Assembly: GCA_965262675.1 (NCBI GenBank)
Contig: OZ253554.1
Location: 3,220,640-3,284,639, forward strand
DNA: 64,000 nt
Direction: 5' to 3'
Source of the DNA: Terriglobia bacterium
Lineage (GTDB): Bacteria; Acidobacteriota; Terriglobia; 20CM-2-55-15
A program made the translations under genes and the position numbers. Positions 29,257-38,192 of this stretch are shown one piece after another. The notes under the pieces were generated by a model that worked only from the letters and a program-made list of their open reading frames with translations, had not been told where the DNA came from and made no database searches. How positions within the stretch are numbered: position 1 is the stretch's first letter; each line of letters starts with the position of its first letter.

Positions 29257-30552
29257 CTACTGATCTTCTTCGTCGAACTCTTCTTCTCCCAGGCGGAAAG
29301 CCTGGGCCAGTTCCGGGTCGTCGTCGATCCCTAGCGCACGCCGAGCGATGTACTCCCCGATTACCGGTCCCGACTTGAAGGCCTCGGCCGAACCGCCTCC
29401 GGCCAGCCAGACGTTGTCGAAGTCGGGGTGTTGATCGATGATGAAGTTGCGGGTCACGCTGAACTCGTAGTGGCAGGACCGCGTTTCGTTGATTGCGGCG
29501 CCCACGAGATCGGGGAAATGCCGTTCCAGAATCTGACGCGGCTGATCGTGATACCGGGAATCGATCCATCGATCGCTCACGTCGGGGTCGGCGGGCGGGC
29601 GGCCGCCCGTTCGTACGCGGAAACCCCTGTAATCGGGTCCCAGCGCGGGCCAGCCCGTAACCCCGGGGATGCCATAGCTGGGCATGTTGGGGTAGACCCA
29701 CCGCGGGTCTCCGGGCGGCGTGGCGAAGTAGTAGACATGGCCCATCGGAATGCGGATACGGCGTCCCATCAGTTCGGGAAACACTTTGGGAAACCAGGGG
29801 CCGCAAGCGAAAACGAACGTCGACGATGCGATCGAATCCCCGGTTTCGAGCGTGACCGTTTGAAGAGCGCCGCCGGACCGGCTGCCGACGGAAGCGCGGC
29901 CCAAGACCAGCGCGCCGCCCTCCTGTAGAAACACCTGGGCCACGGATTCGATCGCACGGCGCGCCCGGACCACACCCGCGCCGGGTTCGTAGAGAGCGGC
30001 CCCGAGGTTTTCGAACCGGATCCAGGGCCACCGATTAGTGACTTCGTCAGGGCTCAGGAACTCGTAGGGAATCCCCAGGGCGTCCCAGTTTGCGGCGGAC
30101 CGCTCCAGATAGGGGATCATCTCCTCACGAAGGATCAGGTCTCCGGTGTTGTAGAACAACGGCGGCAGGAGCCGGTCGGTGTTTTCCTCGTCCCAGTCTC
30201 TCCAGCGCCGGATCGACTCGACGGCCCAGCGTGTCCAGAGCAGTCCGTGCGCCTCGTCGCCGTATGCGCTGCGGACGCCGCGGGTTTCCCCTCCCGAACT
30301 GGACCTGGAGTTTGCCGGCCCATACGGGTCGACCACGGTGACCGACGCGCCGAGGCGGAGCAGGTGGAGCGCCGTCCACATCCCGAACGAGCCCGCGCCG
30401 ACAACGACCACATCGGGAGAGCCGGCCTGGGGTTTGCCGACGGATGTGAGGCTGAACGTTCCCCGCGCGGCACCCGGAGCCGCGAGGCCGAGAGCCGCTG
30501 TCTTGAGGAAGGTCCGACGGTGGAGCGACGCCTCTTTTCTTCTGGAAGTCAT
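29257..30552 (-). CDS. FAD-dependent oxidoreductase (DAO/sarcosine-oxidase-like), Tat-exported
   Basis: Tat motif HRRTFLKTAALGLAA followed by the VVVVGAGSFGMW Rossmann motif. Track ORF 29257..31341 trimmed to the internal ATG. Confidence 0.8.
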   Translation of the reverse strand: MTSRRKEASLHRRTFLKTAALGLAAPGAARGTFSLTSVGKPQAGSPDVVVVGAGSFGMWTALHLLRLGASVTVVDPYGPANSRSSSGGETRGVRSAYGDEAHGLLWTRWAVESIRRWRDWDEENTDRLLPPLFYNTGDLILREEMIPYLERSAANWDALGIPYEFLSPDEVTNRWPWIRFENLGAALYEPGAGVVRARRAIESVAQVFLQEGGALVLGRASVGSRSGGALQTVTLETGDSIASSTFVFACGPWFPKVFPELMGRRIRIPMGHVYYFATPPGDPRWVYPNMPSYGIPGVTGWPALGPDYRGFRVRTGGRPPADPDVSDRWIDSRYHDQPRQILERHFPDLVGAAINETRSCHYEFSVTRNFIIDQHPDFDNVWLAGGGSAEAFKSGPVIGEYIARRALGIDDDPELAQAFRLGEEEFDEEDQ

Positions 30553-30752
30553 TCCCCACCCCCGCCGATCAAACCCGTCGTATACGCCTTGCCCGGGGGG
30601 ATCTGGATGGGGGCGAGGTCGTTCACGTTGTGCTCGTTGATCTCGGTCCAGTTGATGTAGCTGTTTATACCGGCTCCCGGCCACCCGTGCAAAAAAAGCG
30701 CATCCGATGACGGCCGCCCCGCACGCGGACAGAGGCTGGAACCCCGTTTTTT

Positions 30753-32735
30753 TCAGGGAAGCGCCATCGCCGTCAGCGTGCTTCCGGTTTGAAGCATCAC
30801 ATACTGTTTGCCATCGTAAACGTACGTCATCATACCGTAACGACTGCCGGCCGGAACATCCACCGTACCCACGCGCTCTCCCGTCGCCTTGTCGACCGCA
30901 TAGAGGCGTGGGGAACCGTCGCCCGCGGCGCCGGCATAGATCAGCAACGTTTCGGTCACGGTCATCGGCGCGACGTTGCCCGAGCCCGTGTTCGGGATGT
31001 CCATTCCCTGTAAGTCGGGATGATTCGCGACGCGGTCGGGCGTATCGCCGACCGGAATCCACCAGAGGTGATCCCCGGTGTTCATGTCGATTGCCGTGAT
31101 CCGGCTGTAGGGTGGCTTGTACAGAGGCAAACCGTCGGGTCCGCGAGCCGCCGCGCTTCCCCCCACCGCGAAATCGGCGATCGTCGTGCCGGTGGGTGCG
31201 TCCTCGCGTGCATCGCGCTCGGCGCCTGGGACAATGATCCGCGAGGTGCATGCCTTGCGCGAGGTCACGTACAGGATTCCCGTTGCGGGATCGGCGGCCG
31301 CCGGCCCGTCGATGTTCACGCCGCCGACATCTCCGGGACACCAGAGCGCCCCGCGCTTGTCGAGGTCGTTATCCCGATGAAGCGGGGGATTGAACAAGGG
31401 GCCGATCTGGAACGGCTCGAGCGCTTGGAGCGCCCGCTCCCTCAACTCGGGAGTGAAATCGATCAGGTCGTCGACCGTGAGCCCTTGCATATCGTACGGC
31501 GCCGGGCGGGTCGGGAAAGGCTGGGTCGGGGACAGTTGTTCGCTTGGAACGAGCGATGCCGGGACCGGGCGCTCCTCGATCGGCCAGAGGGGCTCCCCGG
31601 TCTCGCGGTGGAACGCGTACGCGAAGGCCTGCTTCGTCACCTGCACGACGGCGGGAACCTCTTCCCCGTCGACGGTCACGTCGAGCAGCACGGGCGCCGT
31701 CGGTGTGTCGTAATTCCAGATGTCGTGATGCACGAGTTGGTAGTGCCAGGCTCGCTCTCCGGTCTGCACGTCCAGTGCGATCAGGCTGGTGCTGAACAGG
31801 TTGTCCCCGGGCCGGAACCCCCCGTAGAAGTCGATCGTGGCCCCGTTGGTCGGAATGTAGACGATGCCCCGCTCCGGGTCCGCCGCCATCGGCGCCCATG
31901 ACGACACGTCGCCGGTCCATTCCCATGCGTCGTTTTCCCACGTTTCGTGACCGAACTCGCCGGGGCGGGGAATGACGTTGAACTTCCACAGGAATTCTCC
32001 CGTCCGGGCGTCGTAGGCCAGAATGTCTCCCGGAATATTCTCGATGCGCGACTGGTTGTAGCCTTGTTCCGCCGAATTGCCCACGATCACGACATCGTTG
32101 ATGACGATGGGCGGGGACGACGCGGTGATGTAGCCGACTTCCAGCGGGATACCGTCATAGACATCGTACTCGTGGCCCAGATCGGCGAGCAGGTCGACCG
32201 AGCCGGTCGGCCCGAACCCGTCAATCGGAACGGACCCGCCGAAGCCTTCCAGAGGCTGGCCCGTCCCGGCGTCCAGGGCATGGAGGAAGAACGCCGGTGT
32301 CGTGATGTACACGACGCCGCGGCCGTCGATCTCCGCGTATGCGACGCCCTTTCCGTAGTCCTGCCGCATGGAGTATTCCCACCGGCCGGTGTTGGGCTCG
32401 CGGAACGACCAGAGCGTCTCTCCGCTTGCGGCATCGAGTGCGACGACGTGGCGGCGTGGACCGGCGACCGTATACAGCTTGCCGTCGGCGTAGACCGGGG
32501 TCGAGCGCCCGCTGGCGGCGTCAAAGCTGGCGCCGTCCCAGACCCATGCTTCCTGAAGGTTCTCGAAGTTGGAAGCGTCAATCTGGTCGGCCGGAGAGTA
32601 TCGCGTGTGCCGGGCATCGCCTCCGACGAAGCGCCACTGGCCGTCTTCGGTCCCGGTCTGCGCTCCGAGCAGGGCGGGGGTCCACAGGATGCCGGCGGCA
32701 ATGAGCGCCGTTGCGTATCGTCCGGGTAGGATCAT
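30753..32735 (-). CDS. PQQ-dependent dehydrogenase (quinoprotein), secreted
   Basis: Signal peptide MILPGRYATALIAAGILWTPALLGAQ. PQQ propeller repeats (for example AxDxxTGExLW ...). Trimmed from 33308 to ATG 32735, which has an AAGGAGAG Shine-Dalgarno. Confidence 0.85.
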   Translation of the reverse strand: MILPGRYATALIAAGILWTPALLGAQTGTEDGQWRFVGGDARHTRYSPADQIDASNFENLQEAWVWDGASFDAASGRSTPVYADGKLYTVAGPRRHVVALDAASGETLWSFREPNTGRWEYSMRQDYGKGVAYAEIDGRGVVYITTPAFFLHALDAGTGQPLEGFGGSVPIDGFGPTGSVDLLADLGHEYDVYDGIPLEVGYITASSPPIVINDVVIVGNSAEQGYNQSRIENIPGDILAYDARTGEFLWKFNVIPRPGEFGHETWENDAWEWTGDVSSWAPMAADPERGIVYIPTNGATIDFYGGFRPGDNLFSTSLIALDVQTGERAWHYQLVHHDIWNYDTPTAPVLLDVTVDGEEVPAVVQVTKQAFAYAFHRETGEPLWPIEERPVPASLVPSEQLSPTQPFPTRPAPYDMQGLTVDDLIDFTPELRERALQALEPFQIGPLFNPPLHRDNDLDKRGALWCPGDVGGVNIDGPAAADPATGILYVTSRKACTSRIIVPGAERDAREDAPTGTTIADFAVGGSAAARGPDGLPLYKPPYSRITAIDMNTGDHLWWIPVGDTPDRVANHPDLQGMDIPNTGSGNVAPMTVTETLLIYAGAAGDGSPRLYAVDKATGERVGTVDVPAGSRYGMMTYVYDGKQYVMLQTGSTLTAMALP

Positions 32736-33115
32736 GGCTGGGTCTCTCCTTATCGGGCGGCGCCGTTGGCCGCCACGCTTCCGCATTGTCACCGGGATCG
32801 GCTCGGTTGTCGACAAGGATCGTCCGGTCGGGCGCTCACAGGGCGTGGACGACACGGGCGCGATATTTTCGACCCGCCCTGACTCGTCGGCATGACATTC
32901 CAGACAAATGTCGCCGAAGTCATTCACGTCGTCGCAGGTACAGTCCTGGTACATCCGAGGGCCGCGATTCGCGCTTACGTTGGATGCGCAGAGCAGTTCT
33001 ACGGGCAGCTGGGCGACGCTGATGCCAACTGCAAACCGAAGGAACAGAGCCGACGTTGTCGCCGCTGATGTGGCGGTTTCCTCAAACAGATCGATTCGGC
33101 GCCGAAGCCATCTTC

Positions 33116-33146
33116 TTGACTGTATGGCCGTTGCCAACCTATATAT
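33116..33146 (+). promoter_or_regulatory. Sigma70-like promoter for the family A gene at 33205
   Basis: TTGACT (33116), 18-nt spacer, TATATA (33140), in a 470-bp divergent intergenic region. Confidence 0.35.
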
Positions 33147-33204
33147 GAACCTGCGAATCGCCGGGTACCGAGTCGACGTATCGAGCCAAGGGGAGATCGA
33201 CCAC

Positions 33205-34035
33205 ATGAAAGACGGGTTGCGTGGTGGAATCATGGTCCTGGCCGTGGCGGCGGCGATCGTCTCGATAGGGGTGGGAACCACAGCCGCACAGTCGGCGGGC
33301 TCGGACATTCAACGTGCCTGGGACGGCAACCCCGATCTGAACGGGATCTGGCAGGCAATCGGTACCGCACATTGGGACATCCAGGATCATGCGGCCGCCG
33401 CGGGGCTGCCCGAAATGGGAGCGATCGGTGCGATTCCTCCGGGCCAGGGCGTAGTGGACGGCAACGAAATCCCGTATCGGGAATGGGCTCTCGAACAAAG
33501 GCGACAGAATTTCGAGAACCGCTTCACCGAGGATCCCGAGATCAAGTGCTACATGCCGGGCGTCCCACGCTCGACCTATCTCCCGTATCCATTCCAGATC
33601 GTCCAGGGAACCGGCAAGATGATGATGGTCTACGGGTTTGCCGAAACCAATCGCACCATTCACATGGACAAGGAAAACCCTGAGCCCGCGCCTATCGACA
33701 GTTGGATGGGGCGGTCCCACGGGCAATGGGAAGGCGACACGCTCGTCGTGGATGTCGCCGGTTTCAATGGGCAGTCGTGGTTCGACCGGGCAGGTAACTT
33801 TGCCAGCAGCACGTTGCACGTGGTCGAGCGGTATACCCCGATGGGCGCCAATGCAATCATGTACGAGGCCGTCATCGAAGATCCGAACGTGTTCACACGC
33901 CCATGGACCATGCGGATGCCCCTGTATCGACGTCTGGAAGACAACATCCAGATCCTGGAATTCAAGTGCGTCGAATTCTCCGAAGAACTTCTTTATGGCC
34001 ATCTGCGCCGGCAATCGCCAGACCGAGACCAGTAA
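33205..34035 (+). CDS. Secreted protein, paralog family A
   Basis: PDLNGIWQ, CYMPGVPRS, WEGDTLVVDVAGFN and EFKCVEFS motifs. AAGGGGAG Shine-Dalgarno. Confidence 0.75.
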   Translation: MKDGLRGGIMVLAVAAAIVSIGVGTTAAQSAGSDIQRAWDGNPDLNGIWQAIGTAHWDIQDHAAAAGLPEMGAIGAIPPGQGVVDGNEIPYREWALEQRRQNFENRFTEDPEIKCYMPGVPRSTYLPYPFQIVQGTGKMMMVYGFAETNRTIHMDKENPEPAPIDSWMGRSHGQWEGDTLVVDVAGFNGQSWFDRAGNFASSTLHVVERYTPMGANAIMYEAVIEDPNVFTRPWTMRMPLYRRLEDNIQILEFKCVEFSEELLYGHLRRQSPDRDQ

Positions 34036-34050
34036 CGAGGTAAACACGCC

Positions 34051-35790
34051 ATGAAAGCGAAACGTGCAGTCCATATGCTCCTTATCGGAATCGCGTTGGC
34101 CGCCGCCGTGTCAGGCGTGGCCCGCGCAGCCGATTATCATCATGTCCACCTCGCGGTCCCGAGCCCGACCGAAGCGGTCGCATGGTATGAGCGGTACATG
34201 GAGTGTGAGGCGATTCCGGAACGCACGGACGCCGTCTCGTGCGGCGGTGTGGAGATCCATTTCGATGTCCTCATCACGGTGGGCGGGAGCCAGGGCACCG
34301 GCGTGAACCATATCGGCTTCTCGTTCGCGGATCTGACAGGCAAGATGACGGAACTCGAAGGAGTGGGCGTCGGGGGCCGGGGCGTGCGACTCCAACGGTT
34401 CGACGACGGCTCGACTCTGAGCGACGTACCGGGACTGTTCACTCACGGCTTTGTGTTCGATCCGTGGGGGACGCGCATCGAACTCGTGGAGGACCCGAAT
34501 TATCTCGGGTTCCATCATGTCCACCTGAGTTCCACCGACCCGGAAGCGAGCCTGGACTGGTATCGGGAGAATCTGGGGGGCGAGAGAGCCCGCCTCAACG
34601 GACAACTCGACGGACTGTTGTTCGACAACGTGTGGCTCATCGTTTCGGCCCACCCCGAGGGTACGCCCCCGCCGGCGCCTACCGTGGGCCGGGCAATCGA
34701 TCACATCGGTTTTCTCGTATCCGACCTGGACGAGGCAGCGGCCGACATGAGTGAACGCGGGGTTGCGCTCGAGGGCACGGAGACTGGCCGGACATCGGCG
34801 AGACGGGCCTTCATTGCGGGTCCGGACAACGTGGCTCTCGCGGTTGTGGAGCCGGGATGGGAGGGGGTCGTTGCAAATTCTCTGGCAGCGGACATCGGCG
34901 CCGTTCCACTTGGAGAACCGTACACGGTGCCCAGAACGCCGTGGGGCACCCCGGATCTGCAGGGCGTCTGGACTTCGAACCGGGCACACGGCATTCCTCT
35001 CGAACGCCCCCTGGACCTGGCGGACATCGAGGAACTGACTCCCGAAGAAGCCGCCGCGCGCCGCGAACGGGGAACGCTGGGAAGCATTTGGGGTTACGAA
35101 CGGGAATGGCGCGATACGACACTGGGGTTGGTCGGTTCGTCGCCGTCGACCCAGGTGGCCATGGTGGTCGACCCGCCCGACGGACGCGTCCCCCCGCTGA
35201 CGCCGGAAGCCCAGGCGCGGACCGGCGGGGGACGCGGAGGCCGAGGCGGCCTGCCGGCGGGGCCCGAAGACCTGAGCAATTACGTGCGGTGCATCACGCG
35301 GGGTCTGCCCAGCCTGATGATGCCGGGCATCTACAACAACGGCCTGCAGATCGTGCAAAGCCCCGGTCATGTCGCGATTCAGAAGGAGATGATCCACGAA
35401 ACCCGGATCGTTCCAACCGACCCGAAACCGTATCTGGGAGAGAACCTGACCCAGTGGCTCGGCGATTCGCGCGGCCGCTGGGAAGGCGACACGCTGGTGG
35501 TCGAGGTGACCAACTTCAATGGAAGGGCCGTATACCGGAATTCCAGCACGGCGATGAAACTGACCGAGCGTTTCACGCGCATCGGTCCCGAGACGCTGAT
35601 GTACGAATTTACCATCGACGATCCGTCCACGTGGACTCGGCCATGGACCGCGATGTTCACGTTCGAGAAGGACGACGACCAGTATGAACTGGTCGAATAC
35701 GCCTGCCATGAAGGCAACTACGGAATGACAAACATCCTGAACGGCGCCCGCGCGCAGGAATTGGCCGCCGACGAAGACACCGGGAGATAA
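34051..35790 (+). CDS. Fusion protein: two VOC (glyoxalase/dioxygenase-like) domains plus a C-terminal family A domain
   Basis: The N-terminal half has two HVHLAV/HVHLSS ... HIGFSF/HIGFLV VOC-type repeats. The C-terminal half carries PDLQGVW, CITRGLPS, WEGDTLVVEVTNFN and EYACHEGN motifs. Confidence 0.75.
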   Translation: MKAKRAVHMLLIGIALAAAVSGVARAADYHHVHLAVPSPTEAVAWYERYMECEAIPERTDAVSCGGVEIHFDVLITVGGSQGTGVNHIGFSFADLTGKMTELEGVGVGGRGVRLQRFDDGSTLSDVPGLFTHGFVFDPWGTRIELVEDPNYLGFHHVHLSSTDPEASLDWYRENLGGERARLNGQLDGLLFDNVWLIVSAHPEGTPPPAPTVGRAIDHIGFLVSDLDEAAADMSERGVALEGTETGRTSARRAFIAGPDNVALAVVEPGWEGVVANSLAADIGAVPLGEPYTVPRTPWGTPDLQGVWTSNRAHGIPLERPLDLADIEELTPEEAAARRERGTLGSIWGYEREWRDTTLGLVGSSPSTQVAMVVDPPDGRVPPLTPEAQARTGGGRGGRGGLPAGPEDLSNYVRCITRGLPSLMMPGIYNNGLQIVQSPGHVAIQKEMIHETRIVPTDPKPYLGENLTQWLGDSRGRWEGDTLVVEVTNFNGRAVYRNSSTAMKLTERFTRIGPETLMYEFTIDDPSTWTRPWTAMFTFEKDDDQYELVEYACHEGNYGMTNILNGARAQELAADEDTGR

Positions 35791-35795
35791 GACCC

Positions 35796-36221
35796 ATGCG
35801 AACGACTCTTGCCGTCATTCTGGCCTCTGCTCTCATCCTTACGGGCACCGCCCCGTTGATGGCGCACCATGCGTTTTCCGCGGAGTTCGATTCCACCAAG
35901 CCTGTCCGAATACGTGGCAAGATCACGCGCATGGAATGGATCAATCCCCATGCCTGGATGCACCTCGACGTGACACAGGATGACGGCACGGTAGAAAGCT
36001 GGATGATCGAGGCCGGCCCCCCGGGCGCGCTTGTCCGCAGGGGATGGAACAGGGATTCGGTGGTTGTCGGCACGGAGGTGCTGGTGGAAGGCTATCGGGC
36101 TCTGGACGGGTCGAACCGGGCCAACGGCCGCGATGTGACGTTCCCGGACGGCCGCCGGTTGTTCGCGGGATCCTCCGGCACGGGCGCGCCAATCGATGGG
36201 ACCGACCCCACCGAGCGGTAG
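35796..36221 (+). CDS. Small secreted protein, paralog family B (mature N-terminus HHAFSAEFD)
   Basis: Signal ...APLMA, then HHAFSAEFD; WINPHAWMH; DGRRLFAGSS. Confidence 0.75.
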   Translation: MRTTLAVILASALILTGTAPLMAHHAFSAEFDSTKPVRIRGKITRMEWINPHAWMHLDVTQDDGTVESWMIEAGPPGALVRRGWNRDSVVVGTEVLVEGYRALDGSNRANGRDVTFPDGRRLFAGSSGTGAPIDGTDPTER

Positions 36222-36319
36222 CCGCCCCCTTCGGCTTTCGCGCTCGGACCTGCAAACCCGGCACCAATTCCGATTGTTCCATATTGAGAGAGGCCCGCCT
36301 GACGCGCTAAAATAACGCC

Positions 36320-36508
36320 ATGATTCGGAAAGTCATTCACAAGACCCGCCTGCAGGACAGCCAATCGCTGCAACGAGATCTGGACTATTGGCTCAGCCGT
36401 TCCCCCAAGGAACGAATCGACGCCGTCGGGCGCTTACGAAAGCAGGCCCATGGATCTGGAATCCGACTTCAAAGAACTGCTCGAGTTATTCAACGCCCGG
36501 AGCGTTGA
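36320..36508 (+). CDS. Small ORF of unknown function overlapping the start of the next gene
   Basis: 62-aa ORF whose last ~59 nt overlap the NTase-fold gene start in another frame. Coding status uncertain. Confidence 0.2.
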   Translation: MIRKVIHKTRLQDSQSLQRDLDYWLSRSPKERIDAVGRLRKQAHGSGIRLQRTARVIQRPER

Positions 36509-36896
36509 ATTCCTCATCGTCGGCGCCTACGCGCTGGCTCAACACGGCATTCCAAGGTATACCGGCGATCTGGATATCCTCGTCCGGCCCAGCGCGGACA
36601 ATGCCGTGCGAGTGATGGAGGCGCTAAAGGCATTCGGATTCGGAGAGATCGGCTTGGCCCGCCAAGACTTCGAAAAGGCCGGCAACGTCATTCAGCTTGG
36701 TGTGCCACCGGTCCGTATCGACATTGTCACCTCGATTTCCGGTGTTTCATGGGAAGAGGCCGATGGCGAACGGATTGAAGGGCGCTACGGAGACATCGCG
36801 GTCGGCTTCCTGGGCCGGGAACAAATCATCGCAAACAAGCGCGCTTCGGGACGAAAAAAGGACCTCGCCGACCTGGAAGCTCTGGGAGAAGAATAG
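36450..36896 (+). CDS. Minimal nucleotidyltransferase-fold protein
   Basis: GAYALAQHGIPRYTGDLDILV matches the hG[GS]...D.D signature of the nucleotidyltransferase fold. 148 aa. Confidence 0.5.
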   Translation: MDLESDFKELLELFNARSVEFLIVGAYALAQHGIPRYTGDLDILVRPSADNAVRVMEALKAFGFGEIGLARQDFEKAGNVIQLGVPPVRIDIVTSISGVSWEEADGERIEGRYGDIAVGFLGREQIIANKRASGRKKDLADLEALGEE

Positions 36897-37306
36897 TGAC
36901 CGTGAATCCTCATCTTGTTTTCAGCGGTCAGTGCGAAGAGGCGTTCAAATTCTATGAACGCTGTCTTGACGCCAAGATCAAGTTCACCCTTACCTGGGGC
37001 GACTCGCCCCTTGCAAACCAGGTACCGCCGGAATGGGGCGGCAAGGTCCTGCATGCGACTCTGTGGGTCGGCGACACGGTGTTGACGGGAGTGGATGTTG
37101 TTCCCGAGGAGTACGAACCGCCGAGGGGCTTCTCCGTAATGCTTGGCCTCGACGATCCGGTAGCCGCGGAACGTATCTTTGACGTGCTGGCGGAAAATGG
37201 AACGGTGGGAATGCCGCTACAAGAGACTTTCTGGGCCGCACGTTTCGGGGGAGTTGTGGATCGGTTCGGGATACCCTGGGAGATAAACTGCGAAGCAGCG
37301 ACCTGA
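36896..37306 (+). CDS. VOC-family protein (PhnB-like glyoxalase/bleomycin-resistance fold)
   Basis: 136 aa with LHATLWVGDTVLTGVD and MLGLDDPVAAERIFDVLAENG segments typical of PhnB-like VOC proteins. GTG start overlaps the upstream stop. Confidence 0.7.
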   Translation: MTVNPHLVFSGQCEEAFKFYERCLDAKIKFTLTWGDSPLANQVPPEWGGKVLHATLWVGDTVLTGVDVVPEEYEPPRGFSVMLGLDDPVAAERIFDVLAENGTVGMPLQETFWAARFGGVVDRFGIPWEINCEAAT

Positions 37307-37424
37307 CCTGAAACTTAACCATAAGTCATTGATTTTATTGACTTTAAATGGGAGCCTCAAGTGGTTGAGATTCACTCTTGAATGATCTGCCGCAGGCGGG
37401 GGCGCGACTAACCCGCGTTTCGCG

Positions 37425-38192
37425 TCAATCGTCGGCGGCGCCTTGTTTCGCCTCGGGCCGAAAGATCCTGAAGAGCCTGCGAATCGGGTCGTAGAAGTCG
37501 TCGTCGACGCGTTCCTTCAACGGGATGATCGCATTGTCGGTGATCGTGATGTTTTCGGGGCACACCCGGGTGCAGCATTTCGTTATGTTGCAGTATCCGA
37601 TCTCCTGAGCCTTGGCAAGTTCCGCCGTACGATCTTCGGTATCCAGCGGATGCATCTCGAGTGCCGCGGCATGGACAAAAAACCGCGGTCCGATGAACTC
37701 GTCGTGAAGCCGGCGCTCCCGCAGCACGTGGCATACGTCCTGGCACAGGTAGCATTCGATGCATTTCCGGAATTCCTGAACCCGATCCACGTCTTCCTGA
37801 GACATCCGCCAGGTTCCATCCGCGGCGTCGGGAGGACGGGGTTTGAACTTCTTGATCCCGGTCTTGACCTTGAAATTCCAGGACACGTCCGTGACCAGAT
37901 CGCGGATGAGCGGGAAGCTCTTCATCGGTTCGACAACGACGGGCTGGCCGGGTGGCAACTCATTCATCCGTGTCATACACATCAACCGGGGCATTCCGTT
38001 GATTTCAGCCGAACACGACCCACACTTCCCCGCCTTGCAGTTCCACCGTACGGCAAGGTCCGGCGCGTCTTCGGCCTGTATCCTGTGGACGGCATCCAGG
38101 ACGACCATGCCTTCGGAAATCTCGGTTGCGTACGTCTCGAAACCGCCGTCTTCCCCGCTTCCGCGCCATATCCGAAAGGTTACCCAGCTCAT
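37425..38192 (-). CDS. sdhB: Succinate dehydrogenase/fumarate reductase iron-sulfur subunit
   Basis: 2Fe-2S motif CKAGKCGSCSAEING...C, 4Fe-4S motif CIECYLCQDVC, 3Fe-4S motif CNITKCCTRVCP. Confidence 0.9.
   Translation of the reverse strand: MSWVTFRIWRGSGEDGGFETYATEISEGMVVLDAVHRIQAEDAPDLAVRWNCKAGKCGSCSAEINGMPRLMCMTRMNELPPGQPVVVEPMKSFPLIRDLVTDVSWNFKVKTGIKKFKPRPPDAADGTWRMSQEDVDRVQEFRKCIECYLCQDVCHVLRERRLHDEFIGPRFFVHAAALEMHPLDTEDRTAELAKAQEIGYCNITKCCTRVCPENITITDNAIIPLKERVDDDFYDPIRRLFRIFRPEAKQGAADD

Noticed and set aside
30753-33308. 851-aa track ORF and other very long ORFs (29257..31341, 14478..15884, 57214..59523, 54733..55938) taken at face value
   Set aside because: In this GC-rich DNA the frames stay open far upstream of the real starts. 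Each was trimmed to the internal start that carries the signal peptide or conserved N-terminal motif and a plausible Shine-Dalgarno. The Cys-containing N-terminal extension of 30753..33308 lies in a divergent promoter region.
34111-35709. Long antisense ORFs (for example 34111..35709 minus, 42437..43822 plus, 46465..47235 plus, 50680..52446 plus, 52080..52820 plus, 15933..17858 plus, 12174..13637 minus)
   Set aside because: Each lies entirely opposite a gene with strong family-specific motifs and has Arg/Pro/Gly-rich low-complexity translation typical of GC-rich antisense frames, so they were judged non-coding.
36320-36896. Small ORF plus NTase-fold gene as a MNT/HEPN-type toxin-antitoxin pair
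   Set aside because: No HEPN partner is present; the downstream gene is a PhnB-like VOC protein. The small-ORF overlap is kept only as a low-confidence feature.
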